DNA of 64,000 bases from Candidatus Woesebacteria bacterium RIFCSPHIGHO2_01_FULL_39_32 (GTDB lineage Bacteria; Patescibacteriota; Microgenomatia; UBA8517): assembly GCA_001792345.1 (NCBI GenBank), contig MGGJ01000001.1:48486-112485 (forward strand), written 5' to 3'. The notes beneath the pieces are model-generated. The model made no database searches. It saw only the letters and a list, made by a program, of their open reading frames with translations, and was not told the DNA's origin. Position 1 is the first letter of the stretch. Each line of letters starts with the position of its first letter. The position numbers were made by a program, and so were the translations under genes. Of the stretch, positions 48,259 to 57,029 are shown piece by piece.

Positions 48259-49560
48259 ATGTTACCAACACAAAGTTTGGGTAATCGTTTAGATATTAGT
48301 CGTAGTCGCTTGATGTTTGCCGAGTTTTTTATATCAATTCTTATTATCGTGGTGTGTATTTATATAATTTTGAATATATTCACTCGAGGAAAAACGATCG
48401 CAGAAGAAAAATTCACTTTGTGGAAAGTACAGGCCATCGATACGGTCAAATACTCTCGTGACCTTGCTCGGGAGAAGCAAAGCGACACTTCATTTGATGG
48501 AGTTATTGAAAGCCAAGTGCACTCGATTGCTGAGCTGGGAGCTACGCATGTTTCCATTGGCACACCATATGATGAGGAGTTTATACCCTACTTGCGGCGC
48601 TGGGTTTATGCTTCAAGGAAAAATAACCTTAAGGTGTGGTTTAGAGGAAACTTATCAGGCTGGGAGGGATGGTTTGATTACGGTCCGATTACAAGGCAAG
48701 AGCATAAAGATAAGATTAAGAACTTTATTCTTAGAAACCCAGATTTATTTGAAGACGGAGATATATTCACGACATGTACTGAGTGCGAAAACGGTGTCGT
48801 AGGTGATCCAAGACAAACAAAAGATGTTTACGGATTTCGTCGATTTCTTATAGAAGAATATATGCTTGCAAAAGAAAGCTTTAGGATTATTGATAAAGAA
48901 GTTTCCGCAAACTATTTTTCCATGAATGCTGATGTTGCAAGGATTGTAATGGATAAAGAAACAACAAAAAAACTTGATGGTATTGTCGTAATAGATCATT
49001 ATGTCGCAAGTCCTGAAAAATTAGATAATGACATCCGAGAAATTTCTCAAAAAAGCGGAGGTAAAGTAGTTTTAGGTGAGTTTGGGGCGCCTATTCCTGA
49101 CATTCATGGAAAAATGTCAGAGGATGAACAAGTAGAATGGATTTCTGATGTAATGCTACGAATCTCCGAAAATAAAAATTTATTAGGAGTAAATTATTGG
49201 ACAAGCTTTGGTGCTTCTACTCAAATTTGGGACGAGAATGGTAACGTGCGCAAATTCGGGGACGTCTTAAAAAAGTATTACCAACCCAAGATTTTTAAAG
49301 GTATTATTAAAAACGAGATAGGCTATCCGCTAAAGGGAGTTGCAATATCAACGGACGAGCGAAGCACGCATACAAATGAGGAAGGCACTTTTTCCTTACC
49401 TTATATTGAAGATGACCTTCTGGTAAAAATATGGGTTAGTGGATATAAGGAAGATAAATACCTTATAGTGGATAAACAAGATGTTGTAATTTTATTGAAA
49501 AAAGAAAAAGAAGATGCTCTTTTTAAGATCATAAAGAATATCTACAAAGCCTTTAATTAA
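48259..49560 (+). CDS. Membrane-anchored putative glycoside hydrolase (clan GH-A/GH5-like TIM barrel) with C-terminal carboxypeptidase-regulatory-like beta-sandwich
   Basis: TM; VVLGEFGAP resembles the GH5 nucleophile xEFG motif; C-terminal IKNEIGYPLKGVAIST...EGTFSL prealbumin-like domain. Confidence 0.35.
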   Translation: MLPTQSLGNRLDISRSRLMFAEFFISILIIVVCIYIILNIFTRGKTIAEEKFTLWKVQAIDTVKYSRDLAREKQSDTSFDGVIESQVHSIAELGATHVSIGTPYDEEFIPYLRRWVYASRKNNLKVWFRGNLSGWEGWFDYGPITRQEHKDKIKNFILRNPDLFEDGDIFTTCTECENGVVGDPRQTKDVYGFRRFLIEEYMLAKESFRIIDKEVSANYFSMNADVARIVMDKETTKKLDGIVVIDHYVASPEKLDNDIREISQKSGGKVVLGEFGAPIPDIHGKMSEDEQVEWISDVMLRISENKNLLGVNYWTSFGASTQIWDENGNVRKFGDVLKKYYQPKIFKGIIKNEIGYPLKGVAISTDERSTHTNEEGTFSLPYIEDDLLVKIWVSGYKEDKYLIVDKQDVVILLKKEKEDALFKIIKNIYKAFN

Positions 49561-49566
49561 TAAAAT

Positions 49567-49595
49567 TTGCATCCCTAATTATGTTTTGTTATAAT
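49567..49595 (+). promoter_or_regulatory. Sigma-70-like promoter TTGCAT-17-TATAAT (near-leaderless)
   Basis: ttgcatCCCTAATTATGTTTTGTtataat; ATG at 49612. Confidence 0.45.
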
Positions 49596-49611
49596 CCTAT
49601 ATCTAACTACT

Positions 49612-50253
49612 ATGAACAGACAATTTGTTTTGTCGCAGATACTTATAATTCCGTTATTACTCTTTCTTTATATTTCTTTATTTGCCCCAAATACTGTTTA
49701 CGCAACGGAATTACCGTCTTTTCCTTTCTGTTCTAATCCGCAGGGAGAAATAAAAGTGTCTTATGATTCAGGGACGCACGGCGTCGTGGGAAGTCAAACA
49801 CAATATCAAGGAAAAGACACAGTCTACTTTGTGGGCGAAAATAACTATCTTCAGTGTCTTTGTACAGATCAAGGTGAGGGAATTCAAACTGGTTGGTTGA
49901 AGTTAGGAAATTTATCAAATAATGAAATTGATGAACTTCGTAATGAAGGGTGGCAATACGTTCCCGACGGAACTCTTTGGGGACTTGCGGGCGGTGATTA
50001 TCTTGCGAAAAATAGCCCATATTCCTGCAATGGCGAGGGCGGGAACACTACACCCACACTAACCCCCACTCCCACAAGTTCAACGATCTCTTCAACTTCA
50101 GGCGATCCGGGTATCGGTGGGAGTGTTATTGCAGCCTCCGCGCCGTTACTTGCCGCTACAGGCACTTCTACACTTTTTTATTCGCTTTTAGCATTTGGTT
50201 TAGCCTCTTTTGGTTTGGGGCTTGTTCTTCGTAAGAAAGATAAAATAAACTAA
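49612..50253 (+). CDS. Sortase substrate: secreted Cys-containing protein with C-terminal LAATG sorting signal
   Basis: Signal peptide; C-terminus PLLAATG (nt 50149-50163) followed by a hydrophobic helix and an RKKDK tail. Confidence 0.6.
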   Translation: MNRQFVLSQILIIPLLLFLYISLFAPNTVYATELPSFPFCSNPQGEIKVSYDSGTHGVVGSQTQYQGKDTVYFVGENNYLQCLCTDQGEGIQTGWLKLGNLSNNEIDELRNEGWQYVPDGTLWGLAGGDYLAKNSPYSCNGEGGNTTPTLTPTPTSSTISSTSGDPGIGGSVIAASAPLLAATGTSTLFYSLLAFGLASFGLGLVLRKKDKIN

Positions 50254-50264
50254 TAACTTTTCTC

Positions 50265-50834
50265 ATGAGAAGAGCATTAGGCAATATATTAGTAATTCTA
50301 GGTATAATTTCACTCGGACTTAGCCTGTTTTTTTATTGGCAAAGGGTAACTCCTCGGAGGCTTAGTTTTAATATCGACAATTTGGGTGAAAGTGAAGTAG
50401 TCGGAGAGAGTAGTAAGCCGACGGCACTACTAATCTCAGATTTGGGAATTTCTCTTCCTATTTTTCCCGCTAAAATTCAAAATGGCAAATGGGAAGCGAC
50501 AAGTAAGGGTGTTTCTTACTTAAGCACGTCTTCTATTCCGGGAGAGCTCGGAAATAGTGTCATTTACGGCCACAACTGGAAGAGTCTTTTAGGAAACCTA
50601 ACTAAAGCGAAGCCCGGCCAGGAGATTATGATTTATTATTCAAACGGAACCAAAAAAACTTTTAAAATTACCCATACGCAGGTTGTAACACCTAATCAGA
50701 CAAAGATATTAGATCGAACAGATGACAGAAGAATTACTCTCTACACCTGCACTGGGTTTTTAGATACGAAGAGGTTTGTTGTTACGGCTATCTACGAAGA
50801 AGATCGGGGCGCGACTTCTTTGTCCTCTCAATAG
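50265..50834 (+). CDS. Sortase-family transpeptidase
   Basis: TM anchor; VIYGHNW (His); TLYTCTGF (TLxTC); immediately downstream of the LAATG substrate. Confidence 0.65.
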   Translation: MRRALGNILVILGIISLGLSLFFYWQRVTPRRLSFNIDNLGESEVVGESSKPTALLISDLGISLPIFPAKIQNGKWEATSKGVSYLSTSSIPGELGNSVIYGHNWKSLLGNLTKAKPGQEIMIYYSNGTKKTFKITHTQVVTPNQTKILDRTDDRRITLYTCTGFLDTKRFVVTAIYEEDRGATSLSSQ

Positions 50835-51501
50835 ATTGCTCTTTTCTCCACTTTTCAATTTCTTTGTGATTTCCGGAAAGAAGGACTTTGGGGACTTCCC
50901 AGCCACGGTATTCTTTGGGGCGAGTGTATTGGGGATACTCTAAGAGTGTAGCTGGTAGCTTGTAGTTAGTAGCTTGGGAAAAACTTTCAAATTCTGTAGC
51001 TTCGGATTTTTCTAAAACACCAGGAATAAGTCGAACAATTGCATCGGTAATAACCATTGCTGGGAGTTCACCTCCTGTTAGAACGTAATCTCCTATTGAA
51101 ATTACCTCGTCAGCTAATTTTTCATGAACTCTGTAGTCTACTCCTTCGTAGCGACCTGCAATTAAGATTAAATGATCAAGCATTGATAATCTTTTCGCAT
51201 ACTTTTGAGTAAAATTTTTTCCTCCTGCATCCAAAAGAACAATTTTAGTGTTCGGTGTTCGGTGATCTGTGGTTAGTGATGAAATTGCTCTATCAATAAC
51301 GTCAAGCTTTAAAATCATGCCAATCCCGCCACCAAAGGGCCTATCATCAACTGTTTTATGTTTATCTTTAGCCCAATCACGAAGATTGTGAATATTTATT
51401 TCAACCAACCCCTTTTCTTGAGCTCTTTTAAGTATTGATTCGTCAAAAGGTCCTTTAAACATATCAGGAAAAAGTGTCAAGATATCAACTTTCATATTCA
51501 T
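50788..51501 (-). CDS. trmD: tRNA (guanine37-N1)-methyltransferase
   Basis: MKVDILTLFPDMF; RPFGGGIGM; SPOUT-fold TrmD motifs. Confidence 0.85.
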   Translation of the reverse strand: MNMKVDILTLFPDMFKGPFDESILKRAQEKGLVEINIHNLRDWAKDKHKTVDDRPFGGGIGMILKLDVIDRAISSLTTDHRTPNTKIVLLDAGGKNFTQKYAKRLSMLDHLILIAGRYEGVDYRVHEKLADEVISIGDYVLTGGELPAMVITDAIVRLIPGVLEKSEATEFESFSQATNYKLPATLLEYPQYTRPKEYRGWEVPKVLLSGNHKEIEKWRKEQSIERTKKSRPDLLRR

Positions 51502-51548
51502 ATTGTAGCATTTAACAGTTTTACAAGAGGGAGTAGAATAAAGTTAGT

Positions 51549-51965
51549 ATGAATAATAATTCCAGACTAAATAGAAAGTATTTAACACTATCCGCATTTT
51601 TTCTTACCGCTGTTGCACTTTCTCTATTTTCGTCACTTATAGTTATTAACGTCGGTTGCGGCTCTGTAAGGATACTTGATTGCGGCTATTATGCAGGTTT
51701 TCCCGTTCCTTACGCAAAATTTGACGATAAAGCCTTCCAACTTAAAGGAAATAAACTTATTGTTAGTCCTACTTTGTATTATAAATATAAGTTTTCTCCG
51801 ATCAAAAACGATCAGGAATTTGCTAAAAAATTTTTGTCTGATGGGATACTAATGCCATTTTTTCTTTTCGATTTATCTTTATATAGCGTAAATATATTTT
51901 CTTTTATTCTTAATATTATTATTTGGCTTCTGCCCGCTGGATTCTTAATCGGAGTTTTTTTCTGA
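51549..51965 (+). CDS. Hypothetical membrane protein
   Basis: 138 aa; N- and C-terminal TM helices. Confidence 0.3.
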   Translation: MNNNSRLNRKYLTLSAFFLTAVALSLFSSLIVINVGCGSVRILDCGYYAGFPVPYAKFDDKAFQLKGNKLIVSPTLYYKYKFSPIKNDQEFAKKFLSDGILMPFFLFDLSLYSVNIFSFILNIIIWLLPAGFLIGVFF

Positions 51966-51969
51966 TTCA

Positions 51970-52716
51970 ATGTATCAAATTCCCGAACTTCTTAAGTTCC
52001 CAAAACTTTTCCATGCTTTTTCGACAAAAGATGATGGTGATTTGTCGGCTAATTTTGATTTGGAAAGTAAAACTGTTCAAAGACGAGGGAAGTTTTTGGG
52101 GAAGTTAAAACTAAAATTAGATGATTGTATAAAAATGCAGGTTGCTCATGATGACGAGATTGTTGAAGCGAATGAAGAGTTAAAAGGAATAAGTCTTCGT
52201 GATTGGAAAAAATCAGTTAATGTCGATGGTTTGGTAACCAATAGAAATGGTATTTTCCTCTTTCTCTTAATCGCAGATTGTTTACCGATAATTTTTTATG
52301 ATCCACTTAACAAAGCGGTGGGGTTAATCCACGCTGGTTGGAAAGGCGCTGATTTAAATATAGTTGGAAAAGCTATCAAGAAATTAAATACTCTATACGC
52401 AACAAATCCCAAAGATTTAATTGTCGGAATAGGTCCGGCTGCGAGAAAAGACTCCTTCGTTAAAGAAAATCCTTCTCAAAAAGATGATACCAAGTGGAAT
52501 GGGTTTATCGAAAACGTTGGCAATAATAAGTATAAAGTTGATTTTGTAGAATTGTGTAAAAAACAGTTAATTGATGTAGGGGTTCCTATAGAAAATATTT
52601 TTGATTCCAGAATCGACACAGTTAAAGACGAAAGATTTTTCTCGCATGTTAGGGAAGGAAAATTAACCCCAAGTCTACAAGGTCGGTTCGCTTGTGTTGT
52701 CGGACTGAGGGGTTAA
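51970..52716 (+). CDS. pgeF: YfiH/PgeF (DUF152) purine-nucleoside phosphorylase / peptidoglycan editing factor family
   Basis: LIADCLPIIFYD and GLIHAGWKG motifs of DUF152. Confidence 0.65.
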   Translation: MYQIPELLKFPKLFHAFSTKDDGDLSANFDLESKTVQRRGKFLGKLKLKLDDCIKMQVAHDDEIVEANEELKGISLRDWKKSVNVDGLVTNRNGIFLFLLIADCLPIIFYDPLNKAVGLIHAGWKGADLNIVGKAIKKLNTLYATNPKDLIVGIGPAARKDSFVKENPSQKDDTKWNGFIENVGNNKYKVDFVELCKKQLIDVGVPIENIFDSRIDTVKDERFFSHVREGKLTPSLQGRFACVVGLRG

Positions 52717-53373
52717 TATCTTTAAGTTTTGACAGTTTTCTTGCTCGAAGTACCCTTTGTTTTTATTAAACTCATACCTTTTTGTAAATGGCGGATTTAT
52801 ACTAGGGTAAATTTTGACTGTATCTAACAAACTTATAGACTTATTTGCAGCTTCAAGGAAAGTTTCAACTGCGTAGTAAAAACAGTCTCTAGTAACCCAG
52901 CTTGCTCCTTGATCAGACGATTCGATAAGTTTTGCAACTCCTTCGCCGCTACCCGCCCCGTTTGTATCAACAATAAGAATATAAATCAGTCCGTTTTCAA
53001 TTGCTACGTAGTAAGGATTGTTTTTGTTTCGTGGTTGGTCTTCTATTTCGAGTAGGATTTTCCAATTTGTATCGCCTTCGTTAGCAACCAAAACTCCAGA
53101 CCTTTGAACATCGCTACTTACGGGAAAGTTAAGATTGCTCTTCTGAAAAATGGCAAAATATTGATCCCTAAATTTGTATGTGTCTGAAATTTGCTGTTTC
53201 TCTAATCCAGGAGGCAACTCTAAATTTAATGGCTCGACTTTGTTTTTAGTAATCCACCCCGCCTTTAGACTTTCATTGGATTGTGGCGTTTCATCACTAT
53301 TTCCTTTTCTCGTTATCGCTAGGAAAAGTAATGCAAAACTAATTGCTAGCAAAAAGATAAGTATTTTTTTCAT
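52675..53373 (-). CDS. Hypothetical secreted protein
   Basis: Signal peptide MKKILIFLLAISFALLFLA; no motif. Confidence 0.35.
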   Translation of the reverse strand: MKKILIFLLAISFALLFLAITRKGNSDETPQSNESLKAGWITKNKVEPLNLELPPGLEKQQISDTYKFRDQYFAIFQKSNLNFPVSSDVQRSGVLVANEGDTNWKILLEIEDQPRNKNNPYYVAIENGLIYILIVDTNGAGSGEGVAKLIESSDQGASWVTRDCFYYAVETFLEAANKSISLLDTVKIYPSINPPFTKRYEFNKNKGYFEQENCQNLKILTPQSDNTSEPTL

Positions 53374-53446
53374 AAGCCTCTTTCTACACTTTATTATACC
53401 TCTTATAGAGAGTAAAATAGCTTGGCGCTAAACCAATAGCGTTTTT

Positions 53447-54481
53447 TTGTGCAAGTTTATGGGATTAATAAAAAGATTTTTTAAAACAAGAAGACGCGTA
53501 GTGATTTTCTTGATAATTACCACAGCGGTGATTTTAGGATGGAGATATTTTGCTTCAAAAAGAAACGGTGAAGTTGAAACAGCAAGAGTATATAAGGGTA
53601 CTGTACGTGAGGAATTAATTTTATCCGGCGAGATTAAGGCTGAGATGCATGCAAGTCTTAATTTCCTTTCATCTGGGGAGCTGGACTATATTGGTGTAAG
53701 TGAGGGGGAACAGGTTAAAAAAGGACAGGTTTTGGCAAGACTTGATACGACAGCTGCCAATCAAACCTACCTTCAGGCAGAGGCAGATTTAAGGAGATAC
53801 GAAGCCTCTCTTGATAAGACCTATGATGATGTTCGGGGGCACGAGAAAGATGAAAGTTTTGCACAGCGTGAGACCAGAACTATTGCCGAAACAAATAGAG
53901 ACAAAGCCTACAGATCCTACTTGATAGCTCAAAAAAATTTGGGGAATTCTTCACTGAAAGCACCTTTCGATGGGATAGTCGCAAGTATTACCCATCCTTT
54001 TAGTGGAATAAATACCACCCTTACGGAATCGCAGATCGAGATAGTTAATCCCCAAACAATTTATTTTGAAGTGAGTGCGGATCAAACTGAAGTGAACCAA
54101 ATTTCTAATGGCCAGAGGGTTACGATGATTTTGGATTCATTTCCAGACCAAGAGTATGAGGGAAGTGTGGAATTCGTGGGATTAACTCCCAAACAAGGCG
54201 AGACTGGGGATATTTATAAGGTAAAGGTGAAAATGTCTTCAGAGAATTTCGAAGTAACTAAATTTAAAATTGGAATGACCGGAGATGCCAAATTTGTTTT
54301 ATCGCAGAAAGAGAATGTGCTTTTTATCCCGCCTGAATTTGTAAATTCTGATACTACCGGGAAATATCTAAAAGTGGGTAATGTAAAGAACAAAACCTTC
54401 ATCGAAATTGGATTAGAAGGCGAAGAAGCTACAGAAATAATAAGCGACAAAATTAAAGAAGGCGACATAGTGTATGATTAA
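53447..54481 (+). CDS. HlyD/MacA-like periplasmic adaptor (membrane fusion protein)
   Basis: TM anchor; coiled-coil hairpin; beta-barrel segments; precedes the ABC ATPase and permease. Confidence 0.55.
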   Translation: MCKFMGLIKRFFKTRRRVVIFLIITTAVILGWRYFASKRNGEVETARVYKGTVREELILSGEIKAEMHASLNFLSSGELDYIGVSEGEQVKKGQVLARLDTTAANQTYLQAEADLRRYEASLDKTYDDVRGHEKDESFAQRETRTIAETNRDKAYRSYLIAQKNLGNSSLKAPFDGIVASITHPFSGINTTLTESQIEIVNPQTIYFEVSADQTEVNQISNGQRVTMILDSFPDQEYEGSVEFVGLTPKQGETGDIYKVKVKMSSENFEVTKFKIGMTGDAKFVLSQKENVLFIPPEFVNSDTTGKYLKVGNVKNKTFIEIGLEGEEATEIISDKIKEGDIVYD

Positions 54482-55151
54482 GCTTCAAAATGTTTCCAAA
54501 TCGTTTCTTTTCGGCGAGGAAGAGGTTAAGGCAGTTGATAATATTAGTCTTACGATAAAAGAAAAAGAGTTCATAGGAATCCTCGGATCTTCAGGTAGCG
54601 GTAAGTCAACTTTGATGCATATAATTGGGCTTCTTGAACAACCTACATCTGGGAAAGTAATACTGGAAGGCAAAGACGTCTCAAAACTAAGCGATGCAGA
54701 GTTGTCAAAAATTAGAAATAAAACAGTGGGTTTTGTTTTTCAGTCATTCAATCTAATAAATCGGTTCACTGTTTTGGAAAATATTTTATTACCGACTAAA
54801 TATGCAAAAGATAGTTTAGATTTCGACCCCATAAAGAGATCGGAGGACCTTTTAAAGAGGTTTGGGATATTTGAGCGAAGAAACTTTTTCCCAAATAAAA
54901 TTTCTGGCGGGCAGCAGCAAAGAGTTGCAATTGCACGAAGCTTAATTATGCAACCTAAAATAATTTTAGCAGATGAACCAACTGGAAACTTAGATAGTAA
55001 GACGGGTGATGAAATTATAGATATTCTTAAAAACCTAAATAAAGAATTTGGTGTAACAATGATTATAGTTACGCACGAGAAGGATATTGCAGCTCAAACA
55101 AAAAGGCAGATTTACATTAAAGACGGGAAAATAGTTGATAAATATTTGTAA
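54474..55151 (+). CDS. ABC transporter ATP-binding protein (MacB/LolD-type)
   Basis: GSSGSGKST; LSGGQQQRVAIARS; ILADEPT. Confidence 0.85.
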   Translation: MIKLQNVSKSFLFGEEEVKAVDNISLTIKEKEFIGILGSSGSGKSTLMHIIGLLEQPTSGKVILEGKDVSKLSDAELSKIRNKTVGFVFQSFNLINRFTVLENILLPTKYAKDSLDFDPIKRSEDLLKRFGIFERRNFFPNKISGGQQQRVAIARSLIMQPKIILADEPTGNLDSKTGDEIIDILKNLNKEFGVTMIIVTHEKDIAAQTKRQIYIKDGKIVDKYL

Positions 55152-55153
55152 AT

Positions 55154-56371
55154 ATGAAAGTACAAAACGGTTGGACTCATTTACTAAAAGCCGCACTAGA
55201 AGACTTCAGAAGAAATAAAGTTCGTACTGCGCTGACTTCTTTGGGGATAATGATTGGAGTACTATCAGTTGTTCTACTTATTGCCTTGGGACTTGGACTG
55301 AAAAACTATTTGAAGCAACAATTTGAAAGTTTGGGTGCCAACCTGATCATTATTTTTCCCGGTAATATTTCTTCGAGCGAAGAAGGAGGAGGTTTAGCAA
55401 ATTTTGGAGTCGGCTTTGCGGGAGGCGCAACTTTTGACGAAAAAGATTTGAACAGTTTGTCGAGAATTAGCGAAGCTGAATATACTGTCCCGATGTTTAT
55501 GAAGTCTATGGTAATTGAGACAAACGGACAAAGAAAACTGGGTTATATAATAGGCACTAATGAAGAGTCTTTTAAAATCCTCAACTTACAATTGCTTACT
55601 GGAGAATTTTTTAAAAAGGGGGATATAACAGCTAGTTCAAAAAATGCGGTATTGGGTTTTAGTTTGGCAGATGGATTATTTGATAAACCAGAGGATGCTT
55701 TGGGAAGAACGATTCGAGCGGGGGATCAGAGGCTCAAAGTAATTGGGGTTGTAAAGAAAAAGGGTGATCGGGAGCAAGACAATTCGGCAGTAATTCCGTA
55801 TACAACAACTTTTGGAAAGTTAAACCCGGACAAATCTTTCTTTACAATATATCTGGGTACTACTAACGAAGATGAAGTTGATATTATTAAAAAGAGGGCC
55901 AAGGAGGTACTTTTAAAAAGGTATGAAGAAAACGATTTTACCGTAACAGAGCAAACAGAAATTCTCTCAACTGTAAATCAGATATTTAATATCGTAAACG
56001 GAGTACTCATTGCAATAGGTTCCATTTCGTTAATTGTTGGCGGAATCGGAATCATGAATATTATGTATGCAACGGTTGTTGAGCGAACCAAGGAGATTGG
56101 AATAAGACGTGCGGTTGGAGCAACAGAAAACGATATCTTAAGACAGTTTTTAACTGAATCGGTTCTTCTTTCTCTATTTGGAGGTATTTTGGGATTACTT
56201 TTGGCAACAGGAATAGTTGCCATTGTACGCATATTTTTCCCAGCTTCAATTAACGTCTTTGCAGTGTTAATTTCCTTAATTGTTTCTTCTGCTATAGGAA
56301 TTTTCTTTGGAGTTTTCCCCGCCCGCCGTGCTGCCAAACTCCCACCCATAGAAGCAATCAGGTACGAATAG
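55154..56371 (+). CDS. ABC transporter permease, MacB/FtsX-like
   Basis: 405 aa; N-terminal TM, large periplasmic domain, three C-terminal TM helices; conserved MYATVVERTKEIGIRRAVGA. Confidence 0.75.
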   Translation: MKVQNGWTHLLKAALEDFRRNKVRTALTSLGIMIGVLSVVLLIALGLGLKNYLKQQFESLGANLIIIFPGNISSSEEGGGLANFGVGFAGGATFDEKDLNSLSRISEAEYTVPMFMKSMVIETNGQRKLGYIIGTNEESFKILNLQLLTGEFFKKGDITASSKNAVLGFSLADGLFDKPEDALGRTIRAGDQRLKVIGVVKKKGDREQDNSAVIPYTTTFGKLNPDKSFFTIYLGTTNEDEVDIIKKRAKEVLLKRYEENDFTVTEQTEILSTVNQIFNIVNGVLIAIGSISLIVGGIGIMNIMYATVVERTKEIGIRRAVGATENDILRQFLTESVLLSLFGGILGLLLATGIVAIVRIFFPASINVFAVLISLIVSSAIGIFFGVFPARRAAKLPPIEAIRYE

Positions 56372-56397
56372 TAGTATACGTTGGGCGTTTGCTTAAA

Positions 56398-56421
56398 CTT
56401 AATTAATATATAGTAATTAAG
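56398..56421. promoter_or_regulatory. Imperfect palindrome CTTAATTA-N8-TAATTAAG downstream of the TrpR-like gene
   Basis: Shares the TATATAGTA core with the site at 56876-56899. Confidence 0.3.
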
Positions 56422-56424
56422 TAT

Positions 56425-56874
56425 TTAGAATTCGCTTTTAAGCTGTGCTATCTTTTGTTCTCTTGAAATTCTTCTTTTGAAACTTTCGGGTGATCTTAGC
56501 GAGCCTTTAGTGGGTATATCAAATAAACTCTCAATCTCTTTCCAGATTATTCGTGCTGCTTCTTTTTTGAAAATACCTTCTATTACTGGATGTAAACCCT
56601 TTCCTTCGTATTTGACTTTTAAGCTCATTTTGGCAATAGTGGGAGGGCTAATTCTAAGTATTTGTCTAATGCTTTGATAATCATGACTTTTTGCAAGTAA
56701 AACAGTTAATGCCAGACGCTTAGCAAACATAATTTTTTCTGTCGGGGAGAAGAAATCGTCGACAAAAGCCGCAAATTTCTGCTTGTCTTTTAGATCTGCC
56801 AATGTTTCTATGAATAAATCAAATATTCTTTCCCAAACATCTGTCCTTAAAGGAATTCTAGAAATCTTTGTCAT
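56425..56874 (-). CDS. TrpR/YerC-like small HTH DNA-binding protein
   Basis: 149 aa; SHDYQSIRQILRISPPTIAKMS helix-turn-helix; overall resemblance to Trp-repressor-related YerC/YecD proteins (recollection-based). Confidence 0.4.
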   Translation of the reverse strand: MTKISRIPLRTDVWERIFDLFIETLADLKDKQKFAAFVDDFFSPTEKIMFAKRLALTVLLAKSHDYQSIRQILRISPPTIAKMSLKVKYEGKGLHPVIEGIFKKEAARIIWKEIESLFDIPTKGSLRSPESFKRRISREQKIAQLKSEF

Positions 56875-56875
56875 A

Positions 56876-56899
56876 CTTAAATACTATATAGTATTTAAG
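56876..56899. promoter_or_regulatory. Perfect 24-bp palindrome CTTAAATACTAT|ATAGTATTTAAG
   Basis: Read directly; begins 2 nt upstream of the TrpR-like start codon. Confidence 0.45.
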
Positions 56900-57029
56900 T
56901 ATTTTGCAATATAGATATAGCCATTAACTCTTCTTAATTGAAGTTGCGACTTTACTAACTTTTTTGTCAACTGCTGTTTGAATATTTTCCCCTTGTTTTG
57001 GCTCAAACATTTCTGTTACGATTTAATAT

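Noticed and set aside
53174-53431. 85-aa + ORF overlapping the secreted protein gene at 52675-53373
   Set aside because: The minus-strand ORF has a convincing signal peptide and greater length. The + ORF is its shadow.
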